Below, piece after piece: positions 51,930 to 64,000 of a DNA stretch of 64,000 nucleotides. Position 1 is the first letter of the stretch, and every line of letters starts with the position of its first letter. A model generated the notes under the pieces. It did not search any database. It was not told where the DNA came from and saw only the letters and a program-made list of their open reading frames with translations. Both the position numbers and the translations under genes were made by a program. Source of the stretch: Octopus vulgaris (taxonomy: Eukaryota); NCBI GenBank assembly GCA_951406725.2, contig OX597840.1, positions 4,278,001 through 4,342,000 on the forward strand. The letters run 5' to 3'.

Positions 51930-53138
51930 GAATCGGTGTGATATACAATGTGAGAAGACTGGGGATCGAATTAGTCTGCTAATTAGCTGTAACTGTGTGG
52001 TAGGAAGTTCCGTCTCTAACCACATGATTCCGGGTTCAGTCCCATTGCCCAGCACATTGGACAAGTATATTTTCTATCACAGCTCCGAGCAGACCAAAGC
52101 CCGTCAAGTGTGTATGTGTGAGACCACCGCTCGACAACCGGTGTTGGCTTGTTTACGTCACCGTAACCTAATGGTTCGGTAAAGAAGTATAAAAAAAAAC
52201 AAAAAAAAAACGATAAAAAAAATTACTAGGGTTCATTAGTTACACTAAAAACCTTTCAAGGCGAGATCCCAGCATGGCCGTAGCCCAAGTAAAAATTAAA
52301 AGGAAAGTATTTGACCGGTACTTCATTTTATCAACCCTGCAAAAATCCGGAATAAATAATGCGAGGTATTGCCCGAAAGCTTCTAACGGGTCAGCTAATT
52401 CGCCGCCTTTTATTCATATGTTTATAACAGAATTTGACACATATTCCTAATTTCTGACCCGAAAGGTCACTTCCGGATACAGAAAAAAGAAAAAAAGAGC
52501 CCTGACTTAGTAACCTAAATCATTGAAGGTGTGTGTGTGTGTGTGTGTGTGTATTACTCAACACGCTGCAATTTACGATCGAAATAATAATAATAATAAT
52601 AATAGTAATAAACTAAGGCTTGACTTTAATATAGACAAACTAATTAAATGCGAATCTTAATTGCCACGGCTCACCCTTACTAGGATTTGAACTCGTGACT
52701 AACGAAACATTCGCTTACGAAACACACACACACACAAATGTTAAAGTTCTTAAACGAAAGAGGAAGATGATACGCAATATATAATAGAACTTTTACCCCT
52801 AATTTAATCCCAAAGGTGCACTCAATACATGTTAGAGAGTATATTTATTTGGAGGAGACCGGCAATTCAATTTCTTGGTTAAAAAAAAGGTTTCCCGCCC
52901 GTTGTGTTTCCACAGACAATGTATGGATGTGTGTCTTTTCATACACAAATTCATATTTTTGATATTAAAATGTGTTTTATTTTTAAAAAAATATTGTTTC
53001 TGTTCTGTGAATAAAGAACCACCGTTAATGTTTCCAACAAGCGAATACAAAAGAGCTAGTATTCGGTAGCGTGACATAGCTAGTGCTTAAGTAGTATAAA
53101 TACGCATTCAAATGTTACACGAACACACACACACAGAC

Positions 53139-53183
<45 letters not shown>

Positions 53184-53771
53184 ACATATTTATACACGCA
53201 CAGCAGTTAATTGCGTTATGACAGAATTTCTATTAAAAAAAAGAAAAGCCTAGGTCAGTGGGATTGTCGCCTTAGCTCATTCAATATACACCCGCGTGTA
53301 CATCATTTGACTGCGTTATATATAGCATTAAGAAAAAACCCACCTCACCACTTTCTATATACACTCGTGCACGCGTAAACGTGCGACGAATAGACACACA
53401 CACACATAATATATAGCCATGCCGGTGCGGCCAATTAAAAAATACAGAGGATAAAAATCAAATGTAAAGTTCAACTAATTGATTTAATATTGTCTCCGTT
53501 TTTTTACTTTAATTGGCTTTAATTAAGGATACTGAATAAAATGTCGATTCTGTTATTTCTAATGTATTATATTATATACACTGCTTTGTGAAATAAACTG
53601 TGATGTAGATTTCACGTAGAAGACACGAAGAGGCAGTTGTTGGCAGTTAATAAGCGACTTTAAATACGCCACAAGTGTGAATCTATTTCCGCTCACCGGC
53701 CAGCATTATGCGTATGTGTAGATAGAATCGTATACACAAACACATATTCTTTATTAAAAGATGCACAGCAC

Positions 53772-53805
<34 letters not shown>

Positions 53806-53919
53806 ATATAGAATCGGTCAGTTGTCAGTGGGGGGGAAAGCACTGACTAGAGAAAATTTGAACAGTAAGAGTTTTAATACTGCCAATTAATAGAAGATAG
53901 ATTCTTTTTACGCACGTTG

Positions 53920-53963
<44 letters not shown>

Positions 53964-54219
53964 CTTATATATTACAATCAGCGTAATAAAAACCCATGTA
54001 GACCAATACGTATATATAAAGATTTAAACACAAACGTGTGTGTGTATATATGTATATATTCTCGAAGTATATAATAGCCTTTGAGAGCGTTGTATATACA
54101 CATTTTACAATCAACAGATAAACACGCATGTAGACCAACAAGTGTACATGTAACAGAATTATGCATACGTCGTACAATCTACGTAGAATCTTATAATGCA
54201 ATTAGTGGTTCAACACAAT

Positions 54220-54265
<46 letters not shown>

Positions 54266-54932
54266 TTGGCGGACGTAAAGAATGTGGTCCGCACCCCCTT
54301 TCGTCTTTATATATATATATATATATATATATACATACACACACAGAATCTCCCATTTTCGAGTACGGAGATTTTGATTCTGCAAAAAGAATAAAAAAGG
54401 CATTTTAAAATTTTCTTTTCCCCATTCCTACTCCAAAATTCTTCAATTTTAACTTTATCCAGAATTTTTTGGGTTTTTTTTTTTTTTGCGAAATACGTAG
54501 AAAAAAAACGGAGATTCTCATTCTGATAGAAACAATTTTGCAAAGTTTCAATTCTTAATACAAAAAAAAAATGTGAAAATTGAAGAATTTGGGGTTCGTA
54601 CTTTTTATATCTGGTACTTGGAAAAAAATAATTAAACATAGATAGAAATAATGTACCAAGTAAAAGTATAGATGGATGGATGGTCGGAATTTCGATCGAG
54701 TCAAACCATTTAACAAGTCAACTTCTAATTTTTTGTTATTTACAGAAAATTTTTGCGAATTCTTGTTCGAAAACACTGTATCGCTATGTACGTATAGATA
54801 GGTAGATACGCACACGTATATAGATAGCTATACATTGATTCATGCTGTAGGTGTGTGTGCGTGTATATATATATATATTCCTTTATTGCCCACAAGTGGC
54901 GAAAGGATGAAAGGCAAAGTCGGCCTCGGAGG

Positions 54933-54981
<49 letters not shown>

Positions 54982-55064
54982 TACAGAGAGAGAGAGATAT
55001 CTAAGTAAAGGTGTATATATATTTACATACACTTTTACGCGTGTATGTGTGTATATATATATAT

Positions 55065-55099
<35 letters not shown>

Positions 55100-55104
55100 A
55101 CAGA

Positions 55105-55545
55105 TAAGCGTACATACACACAGCCGAAGTGTATATATTTAATATACACACCTTATATACGTATAGATATGCATGTACATATAAGATAGACCGATAGACA
55201 CGCGTATATAGATATACGTAATATACGTACATATACTCACACGTAACCGAAATAAATGTGTATATATTTATATACACCTATACATATACACATCTTTTAT
55301 AATATATAGACATATACGTTAATATACGTAACCGAAATAGATGTGTATATATTTATATACACCTATACATATACACAGCCGAAGTGTATATATAGACATA
55401 TACGTACAGATATGCATGGTATAGATAGACCGATAGATATACGCTTATATATATACAGATATACGTACATATACTCACACGTAACCGAAATAAATGTGTA
55501 TATATTTATATACACATCTTTTTTTAATATATACACACACATACG

Positions 55546-55583
<38 letters not shown>

Positions 55584-56135
55584 CATATAAGATAGACCGA
55601 TAGACATACCCGTATATATATATATACTTACATATATTCACACATAACCGAAATGTGTATATATTTATATACACCTATACATATACACAGCCGAAGTGTA
55701 TATATAGACATATACGTATATATATGCATGGTATAGGTAGACCGACAGACATACCCGTATATAAAGACAGATATACGCAATATACGTTAATATACTTACA
55801 TATATTCACACAAAACCGAAATGTGTATATATTTATATACACCTATACATATATACGTATATCCACATATAAGATAGACCGATAGGCATACCCGTACATA
55901 TAGACAAGATATACGTACATATACGTTAATATAAGTACATATATTCACACATAACCGAAATAAATGTATATATATCTACACACCTATACATATACACATC
56001 TTTTTTTCAATATATAGACATATACGTACAGATATATGCATGGTATAGATAGACCGATAGACATACCCGTATATATATATAGATAGATATACGTTAATAT
56101 AAGTACATATATTCACACAGACGTATATATATCTA
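55105..56135. repeat. Complex AT-rich minisatellite at the 5' end of intron 1
   Basis: Recurring ATAGACCGATAGACA, TAACCGAAAT and ACAGCCGAAGTGTATA modules. Confidence 0.8.
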
Positions 56136-56200
56136 TCCACCAACATACATCTCCGCACATAAGGGTGTCCCAACAACAGATACAAGCACCCGACACTTAC

Positions 56201-56272
56201 CTCCTTATCGTCCCGGGTCCTCCTCAACAGATCGGCCGCGTGCCGGTCCACTTCTTTCTTCGTACGGAACAT
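56201..56272 (-). CDS. RANBP2: RANBP2 coding exon 1 (MFRTKKEVDRHAADLLRRTRDDKE)
   Basis: ATG at 56272, 72 nt, donor GTAAGT, phase 0. Confidence 0.93.
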
Positions 56273-56278
56273 AATAAT

Positions 56279-56319
<41 letters not shown>

Positions 56320-56323
<4 letters not shown>

Positions 56324-56650
56324 GCAGTCTCTGTCGGTATCACAATTTCTTGTACGCTTTAAGTAAACGGGGTAGAATCACTGTGTGTGGTGGGTTGTTT
56401 GGCTGCTATGCGATCGCTGCTTCGTTCATTGTCCAAAACACACAACGCCAAACTAACGTGCGTCTTTTTCAAAAGGGATTTTTTCCGCCATCGTACTGTA
56501 CTGGAAAAAGGTTCGTTTCTGGTTTAGCGACAGTGCGCGTCGCGTCGTGTCGTAAAAAAAAACGAAAAACGGAGGAGAGAGAGAGAGGCGAGGCGAGGCG
56601 AGGCGATGATCTCCGCTTTATGGCACGTGCGTGCGTTTGCGCGTTATACG
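56320..56650 (-). promoter_or_regulatory. CpG-rich putative promoter/5' UTR of RANBP2
   Basis: Unique CpG-dense stretch just upstream of the ATG, bounded by (TA)n arrays; YY1-like core CCGCCAT at 56485-56491; TSS not determinable. Confidence 0.55.
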
Positions 56651-56816
56651 TATATATATATATATATATATATAGATAGATAGATATAGATACATGTGTG
56701 TGGTGTGTGTGTGTATATATATATGTGTGTGTGTGTTATATATATATTTATATATATATATATGTATATATACGTATATATATATATATATTTTTATATA
56801 TATATATATTTATATA

Positions 56817-56903
<87 letters not shown>

Positions 56904-56920
56904 GTATGTATGTATGTATA

Positions 56921-56966
<46 letters not shown>

Positions 56967-57368
56967 CGTATATATATATTTTTTTATATATATATGTATA
57001 TATATATATATATATGTTATATATATATGTATATATATATATATATATATGTGTGTATATATATATGTGTGTGTGCATGTATATATATATGTGTGTGTAT
57101 ATATATATATATATATATTATATGTATGTATATATGTATGTATGTGTATATATGTATATATATATATATATACATATATACACATACATATATACATACA
57201 CACACACATATATATACATGCACACACACATATATATATACATAGACGCACACACACATATATATATATACATACACACACACATATATATATATGTACA
57301 TACACACACACATATATATCTATATACATTCACACACACACACACACACCCACATATATATATATATT
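56650..57368. repeat. Compound (TA)n/(TG)n/(CA)n microsatellite
   Basis: Direct inspection. Confidence 0.95.
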
Positions 57369-58860
57369 CTTTCTTTTACTTGCTTCAGTCATTTGACTGC
57401 GGCCATGCTGGAGCACCGCCTTTAGTCGAACAAATCGACCCCAGGACTTATTCTTTATAAAGCCTAGTACTTATTCTATCGATCGATTCTTTTGCTGAAC
57501 CGCTAAGTTACAGGGGACATAAACACACCAGCATCGGTTGTCAAGTGATAGTAGGGGACAAACACGGATACACACACACACACACACACACACATACACA
57601 CACACACACACGACGGGCTTCTTTCAGTTTCCGTCTACCAACTCCGCTCACGAGCCTTTGATCGGCCCGAAACTATATTAGAAGACACTTGCCCAAGGTG
57701 CCACGCAGTGGGACTGAACCCGGAACCATGTGGCTGGTAAGCAAGTTACTTACCACACAGCCACGCCGGCGTAAACACACACACACACACACACACACAG
57801 CTTTTACTTGTTTCAGTCATTGGACTGCGGCCATGCTGGGGCACAACTTTGAAGGGTTTAGTCGACAGAATCCACCTAGTGCTCGTAAGCTTTTCATTTT
57901 GTTTTTTTTTTTCAGTCTATCTTATTCTTTTGGCCGTAACGCTGTTGGTGGGACATAAACAAACCAACAACGGTTACCAAATTTTCTAACGCATTAAAGT
58001 AAACAGGGAAATATTTACGAAAACTTAATTTTAAAATTAAAATAAAATTGAAAAACTGATTCTTTTATTTGTTTCAGTCATTTGACTGTGGCCATGCTGG
58101 AGCACCGCCTTTAGTCGAGCAAATCGACCCAGGACTTATTCTTTGTAAGCCTAGTACTTATTCTATCAATCTCTCTTGCCGAACCGCTAAGTTACGGGGA
58201 CGTAAACACACCAGCATCGGTTGAAGGGGGGGGGGACAAACACAGACAAACATATACATATATGTATATACGTATATAGGGCGGCGAGCTGGCAGAAACG
58301 TTAGCACGTCGGGCGAAAGGTGTAGCCGTATTTCGTCTGCAGTTACGTTCTGAGTTCAAATTCCGCCGGGGTCGACTTTGCCTTTCATCCTTTCGGGGTC
58401 GATAAATTAAGTTCCAGTTACGCACTGGGGTCGATGTAATCGACTTAATCCGTTTGTTTGTTCTTGTTTATCCCCTCTGTGTTTAGCCCCTTGTGGGTAA
58501 TAAAGAAACATATATGTATATACGACGGGCTTCTTTCAGTTTCCGTCTACCAAATCCACTCACAAGGCTTTGGTCGGCCTGAAGCTATAGTAGAAGACAG
58601 TTGCCCAAGGTGCCACGCAGTGGGACTGAACCCGGAACCATGTGGTTGGTAAGCAAGCTACTTACCACACAGCCACTCTGTAATTATTTTATTCTTTTAC
58701 TTGTTTCAGTCGTTTTAACTGCGGCCATGCTGGAGCACCATCTTACACTATTTTACAGGAATTGTATGGCTTAGCTAAAGTATACCACGTTCTCTCTTCA
58801 CTCAGCAAGCGTGGCATGCAATAATGCTTCATGAAATGATGTAAAAGACCCTACCTATAC

Positions 58861-59278
58861 CTATTTCTTTACTACCCACAAGGGGCTAAACACAGAGGAG
58901 ACAAACAAGGACAGATAAACGGATTAAGTCGATTACATCGACCCCAGTGCGTAACTGGTACTTATTTAATCGACCCCGAAAGGATGAAAGACAAAGTCGA
59001 CCTCGGCGGAATTTGAACTCAGAACGTAACGGCGGACGAAATACCTATTTCTTTATTACCCACAAGGGGCTAAACATAGAGGAGACAAACATGGACAGAC
59101 ATAGGTATTAAGTCGATTGTATCGGCCCCAGTGCGTAACTGGTACTTATTTTATCGACCCCGAAAGGATGAAAGGCAAAGTCGACCCCAGCGGAATTTGA
59201 ACTCACAACGTTACGGCAGCCGAAATACCGCTAAGCATTTCGCCCGGCGTGCTAACGTTTCTGCCAGCTCACCGCCTT
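58861..59278 (-). mobile_element. SINE A dimer
   Basis: Same junction at about 59044. Confidence 0.85.
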
Positions 59279-59343
59279 ATCTATATCGTCATATCTCCCT
59301 CACAAGCAGAGAAATATCTAAAAAGGCTTGTCAGACAAAATGG

Positions 59344-59759
59344 GGATCTTTTCGGTTTGAACGGCAGTTTATTCTAGCGGTGTCATATGAAATTGTCACC
59401 AATAATTATGAGCCTAGTATCGATCTATTGCATTTCAATCTGTTTTAGGGTTAGGGTTAGGGGTGGGGGGTATCTTTTTTTTTCTTCAGAAATGTAAATA
59501 AACCCAATCTGTTTCTTAAACGAGAGACATATTCATACGGCACAGAATGTTTTCACCTCAATAGACGTCATTGATTGGTTGAAATTGCAGAAATGGAAGA
59601 AAAAAACAACAACAAATATCTTACAAACTATAGAATCTTCTCAATAAAGCCAAGAGAAAAAGATGTTTTATAAACACATTCTACCAGTATACGAAGTTTA
59701 AAAGTGTTTAGTTACGTGGAAATTATTTAAAAAAACTGCCGTTCAAACCGAAAAGATCC
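59344..59759. mobile_element. GGATC-TIR MITE family 1
   Basis: 8-bp TSD CAAAATGG; a 49-bp mini-copy at 60613-60661. Confidence 0.88.
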
Positions 59760-59769
59760 CAAAATGGAA

Positions 59770-62700
59770 ACGGTGATGCCCAGAGGGAGATGCGCTTGAA
59801 CAGTCACTCTGACAAACGGGGTTCCCGCTCGTGGATAGCTATCTCCACCCCGAATGTGGTGAGTAGGGATACGGTCCGGGGGCCGAGAACGCTGGAGGTC
59901 TCAACTGTCACAGGTTCAACCGTAAACCTGTCGAAGAGCAGCCGATACTTTAACAGTTAGCCCTTCACAACCTGACGTGCACCGGCGCCTAGGCTGGTAG
60001 CTGAACAGACCAAGTTAACGCTAGAAAACGTGTCACAGCATGGTACATCCCAAATGAGGGGCCTATCACCATGCAACGGGAAAATTGTCACACTGTCAGG
60101 CCTTTTACCGTTCCTCGATCTAGCATTGCTTTAGTTTTTTTTACACGCGTAACAATTAAATTAATTTAACAAATAAGAAAAATAAAATTAGGGTTAGGGC
60201 GGAGGTTTAGGGTTAGTTACACGATGTTGTCTCAGTTTTAGACGCAGCAAATGACTTTAGCTCAAAAGAGAGCATAGGATTAGTTTGAATTCGAAAAATT
60301 AAACTTCGTTAAACAAACATTACGATTTTCTCAAGAAAGCCAAGAGAAAAAAATGTTTTATTTTGACACATTCTACCAGTATACGAAGTTTTAAAGTGTT
60401 TAGTTAACTAGAAATTGTCTGCCGTTCAAAAGGAAAAGATCCTCTGGCTCCAGCTAGGGAGGGAAGCCTGCAGCGTCTAGGCCACCATGCTTTATGATCT
60501 CGTTAAGAACGCACGGTGTAGAAGGCAGCCTGCACTTTTATTTATTTACTAATTTGTTATTGCTAGAAGACATGCGTTGCTGGCTTTTATTGATTTTGAG
60601 AGTAGTTCTTTGGGATCTTTTCGGTTTGAACGGCAGTTTTTAATTCAAACCGAAAAGATCCGTTCTGTATTAATGCATAAGCAGACAGGGCAGTTGCCCA
60701 GGGTCCTCGCGGATCTAGAGGCAATAGGTATTTGTTCCACCTATTGCAACAGTTTCACGTTGCGTATTCGGTCCAACAAGGATGCCCGTTGATATTTCTG
60801 CTGTCTGTTTTGGTACTCGAGTCATTGCCGAGAAATTTGGAGATGTTGAGGGTTGTACCGGCATACAGCTTAGGGCATGAGAAGGCAAGTCTATGCGAGC
60901 CGGCGACTTCTGCTGTTAAGCCGAGAGCCTAGTTAAGGTGGTCAGGATCTAGTTCGATTCAGATCCCAGTGTGTAAAAACTAGGTCATGATCAGGATGAC
61001 CAGTTTCACACAGAACTGGTTGAAAAGAAAGTGTTCCTGAAAAGTTGGACAGAAATATGAGAGGTATACTTGCCATCTCAATATGGCTAACCATTAAGGG
61101 TGGGTGTTACTGTAGCTTGTAGCCCCAGGAGAACATCGTCTCCAGCTGGCTTTTGGCACACTTTCTGTGCCCTTAAGGTATTTGCAAGGGCACAGGAAGG
61201 ATGACCTCCCTTTGCAAATACCATAAGAGCACAGATAGTGTGCCTAAAGCCAGCTGGAGACGATGATCTCCTGGGGCTAAAAGCTACAGTAACACAAATA
61301 TACCTCACATTGTGGTGCAGTTACTGTTTATACCTTGTTCAGAGATTTATTATTGGACAGAAATAGTTAACGTATAAATCGCTTCGATAGTGTACTATAA
61401 CGTCTGTCAGTCGCACCTTGCCCAAGTGAATATCTGATATGTTCTTTTGCTTTTTGTTAAAGAGATAGGTTCCCAGTGGCATAGCTGAAGTGAGTAGAAG
61501 GCTGTCTTAACAGATTTATAGGACCCTGGAAAAATCAATGAGCTGGGCCCTATAGTACTTATTTTTTGTCAGCAAGCCAGAAAATACATGGATTAGAATC
61601 GGACCCTTATAACCGCGGGGCCCCGAGGCAATTTCCCAGTGTCCCTATGTCTTGGACGGCCCAATCTGGGAAACGTTTGTATCGTAGCAATACTTTTGGG
61701 CCTGTTGTGTAAACTTTATAGGCTTGTGGGCACGGAAGGGGGCGAAAAACTCAAGGGCTATTCCGGGCAGAACACACTTTAGCAACGCGACAGCAAGCTC
61801 CGCTGGTCGGACGATAGTCCGCAGCCAATAACCAACCCAGTCCGTCGGGATACCGTGGCTGATGATATGCATCATCTATGGATATTCAAGACTCCTCTTT
61901 GACAAGTGCAGACTTTGGTCAGGTGTTTGGTACCTGAAGTGCTACCTGGTCGCTCATTGCAGTCAATCAGCCAGAAAATGAAGTTAGTGAATGCATTCTA
62001 TACAGAACTAGGAGAGGAGAGAAGCAATAACTTCTCAATGCATCGACGAGGATGATCTAAGCGGTCTCTTCTGGGACCGCTTAGATCATTCCTCGTCGAT
62101 GACTTCAGATTAGAGCAGTGGTTTTCAACCAGGGTTCCGCCAGTACAGTCCAGGGGTTCCGAAAGAAGTTACAAAACTGTTAAAATCGGCAGTAATTTTT
62201 AATTCTCCTGTGCAGATATGTGTGCATAAAACTATTAAATTATTGCACAGGGGTTCCTCGAGCCAGTGGAATGTTTCCTTGGGGTTCCGCTCCAGCAAAA
62301 CGTTTGAAAAGCACTGGATTAGAGATTATGAACATTCTTCGACAGTTCTAGACCTGGTAGTGCAACATGGGGCTTTACCTGTTCTGGATAAACTCTGCAG
62401 CCATGGTCATGTTAAAGTGGGGAGACGAAACGCATCCAACACGTACTCAGTTCAGGAGCCGCGTTTTGCTGATTTGGGGGTTTATATTGAACAGCTGTTA
62501 TCACGTGCGTGATGGGTCCAGCTATCAGTTGAGTCTATCGTAAAGGTGGTCCCGCCTCTACCCATTCACCTTGCTTCAGCAACGAAAAGTGTGGGCTATC
62601 TTCCGTCTTTGCCTTTCATCCTTTCGGGGTCGATAAATTAAGTACCAGTCACGCACTGGGGTCGATGTAATCGACTTAATCCATTTGTCTGTCCCCTTTA

Positions 62701-62990
62701 TGTTTAGCCCCTTTGTGGGCAGTAAAGAAATATATCTTCCTCGATTTGGTAGCTACGGCAAAAGAAATTCTCTGGTGAACACAGGGACAGGTTGAAAGAT
62801 TCTAGAGCAGAGCAGAGCTTTTCCTCTTGGGCCAATTCCCCACCAACACCATCAAATTCTTTAGCACTCAATCGGAGAAGATGACGAGGGTAGAAAAGGA
62901 GAAGATGCTCTCGAATTAAAGTTATGAAAAATGGATAAAAGTGGGGAGAATGACGTGGCTACAAGAAGCCACTCTAACAAACAATGCGGC
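59770..62990 (+). mobile_element. Highly decayed L1/Tx1-like LINE relic with nested insertions
   Basis: SVQQGCPL..LL.VLVLESL RT motif remnant at about 60760-60835; boundaries uncertain. Confidence 0.45.
62116..62318 (+). mobile_element. hAT-like MITE
   Basis: CAGTGGTTTTCAA...TTGAAAAGCACTG termini; second copy at 21797-21998. Confidence 0.7.
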
Positions 62991-63051
62991 TGTAGGGATG
63001 GTGCTAGAGAAAAATGGTAATGTTAGTGTGCGAGGGTAATCTAGGACTTTG

Positions 63052-63358
63052 GGTACTACTAGAGAACAGTGGTCCCGGTGCGCGCGCTCGCATACTCGCG
63101 CTAGTCGTGACTACTCGATCCTTACTTTGTGTTTTTGTGTGTTATTTACTTTGTTTAATAAATTATTTACTTTGTGCTTTTGTGTTTTATTTACTTTGTT
63201 TAATAAAAATTATTTACTTTGTGTAAAAAAATTTATTTATTTTGTGTTTTATTTACTTTGCTAGGTAGTCGTTGTAGGATCGACAAGTCACGACTAGGTA
63301 GCGCGGATGCGCGACTACGCGTGTGCGCGCACCGGGACCACTGTTCGCTAGTAGTACC
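63052..63358. mobile_element. GC-rich TIR MITE with internal T-rich tandem repeats
   Basis: GGTACTACTAG..AACAGTGGTCCCGGTGCGCGC inverted at both ends; TSD (G/A)GACTTTG. Confidence 0.75.
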
Positions 63359-64000
63359 AGACTTTGAAGTCCCGTTTTCATTACACCATTATTTTAAATT
63401 ATTATTTGTTGTCTTCATTGTTAAAATCGATGTAAATCTTTCATTGGATCTTCTTTATTCTTTTCAAGTTTGTAGTCGCCAACTTCATGAGGGATACCTG
63501 TACAATAGTGCTCAGCTACCAACTGATTCTATACCAATTCTTTTCGAAATTCTAAGTTTCATTTTGAAGATCTTCTCCTTTCTGCTTCGAATTTTTTAAA
63601 ATATTAAATTCTGATACGATCATAATGCATACCATCTCGAAAATATTTGAAGAACATTTCATTTAAAAAATATCTATTTTTCTGAAAGTTACAAAGAAAC
63701 AAAGTCGAGCGGTGGGGGCACGTTTGTGTAGGTATGCCCACCATGGACCCTTGCCTTTGTGGTCGAACACAAAAAATATACTCTTTTACTCGTTTCAGTC
63801 ATTTGACTGCGGCCATGCTGGAGCACCGCCTTTTAATCGAGCAAATCGACCCCGGGACTTATTCTTTTGTAAGCCCAGTACTTATTCTATCGGTCTCTTT
63901 TGCCCAACCGCTAAGTAACGGGGACATAAACACACCAGCATCGGTTGTCAAGCAATGCTAAGGGGACAAATACAGACACACACACGCACATATATACGAC

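Larger units (their letters stand above)
1675..56272 (-). other. RANBP2: RANBP2/Nup358 gene, 5' portion (17 coding exons; continues past window start)
   Basis: Exons joined at GT-AG sites keep one frame for 1904 nt. Translation MFRTKKEVDRH...GYQIAKLY...YWIEKAE...SLCQLDTEVFL...EQAEWW...RAAYYWQAALPLL follows my recollection of Drosophila Nup358 (MFTTRKEVDAH) and the human RANBP2 N-terminal domain. Intron 1 is about 24.3 kb. Confidence 0.95.

Noticed and set aside
56694-57460. Multiple long Tyr/Ile ORFs
   Set aside because: (TA)n/(TG)n microsatellite
59440-59465. Interstitial telomere (TTAGGG)n
   Set aside because: Only 2-3 units, always internal to the GGATC-TIR MITEs

Overview
Eukaryotic, AT-rich, repeat-dense genomic DNA. 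The SINE families and intron style suggest an octopus or other coleoid cephalopod (inference, not verified). One spliced protein-coding gene runs on the minus strand: the 5' part of RANBP2/Nup358. I reconstructed 17 GT-AG coding exons by hand, from the ATG at 56272 to 1675 (1904 nt, about 634 codons, reading frame open across all junctions). They encode the N-terminal TPR/alpha-helical region, and the gene continues beyond position 1. Most of the other sequence is mobile DNA: several tRNA-derived SINE families, RTE, CR1-like and L1/Tx1-like LINE fragments, a decayed Penelope-like element (RT + GIY-YIG), Tc1/mariner and other MITEs, and microsatellites. Most ORFs in the supplied track are repeat artefacts. 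The most interesting signal is a set of Penelope-associated small elements carrying minimal hammerhead-ribozyme folds. One is a tRNA-Arg-headed SINE whose 3' end matches the inverted terminus of the Penelope copy. Another has a compensatory G3:C8 core swap.
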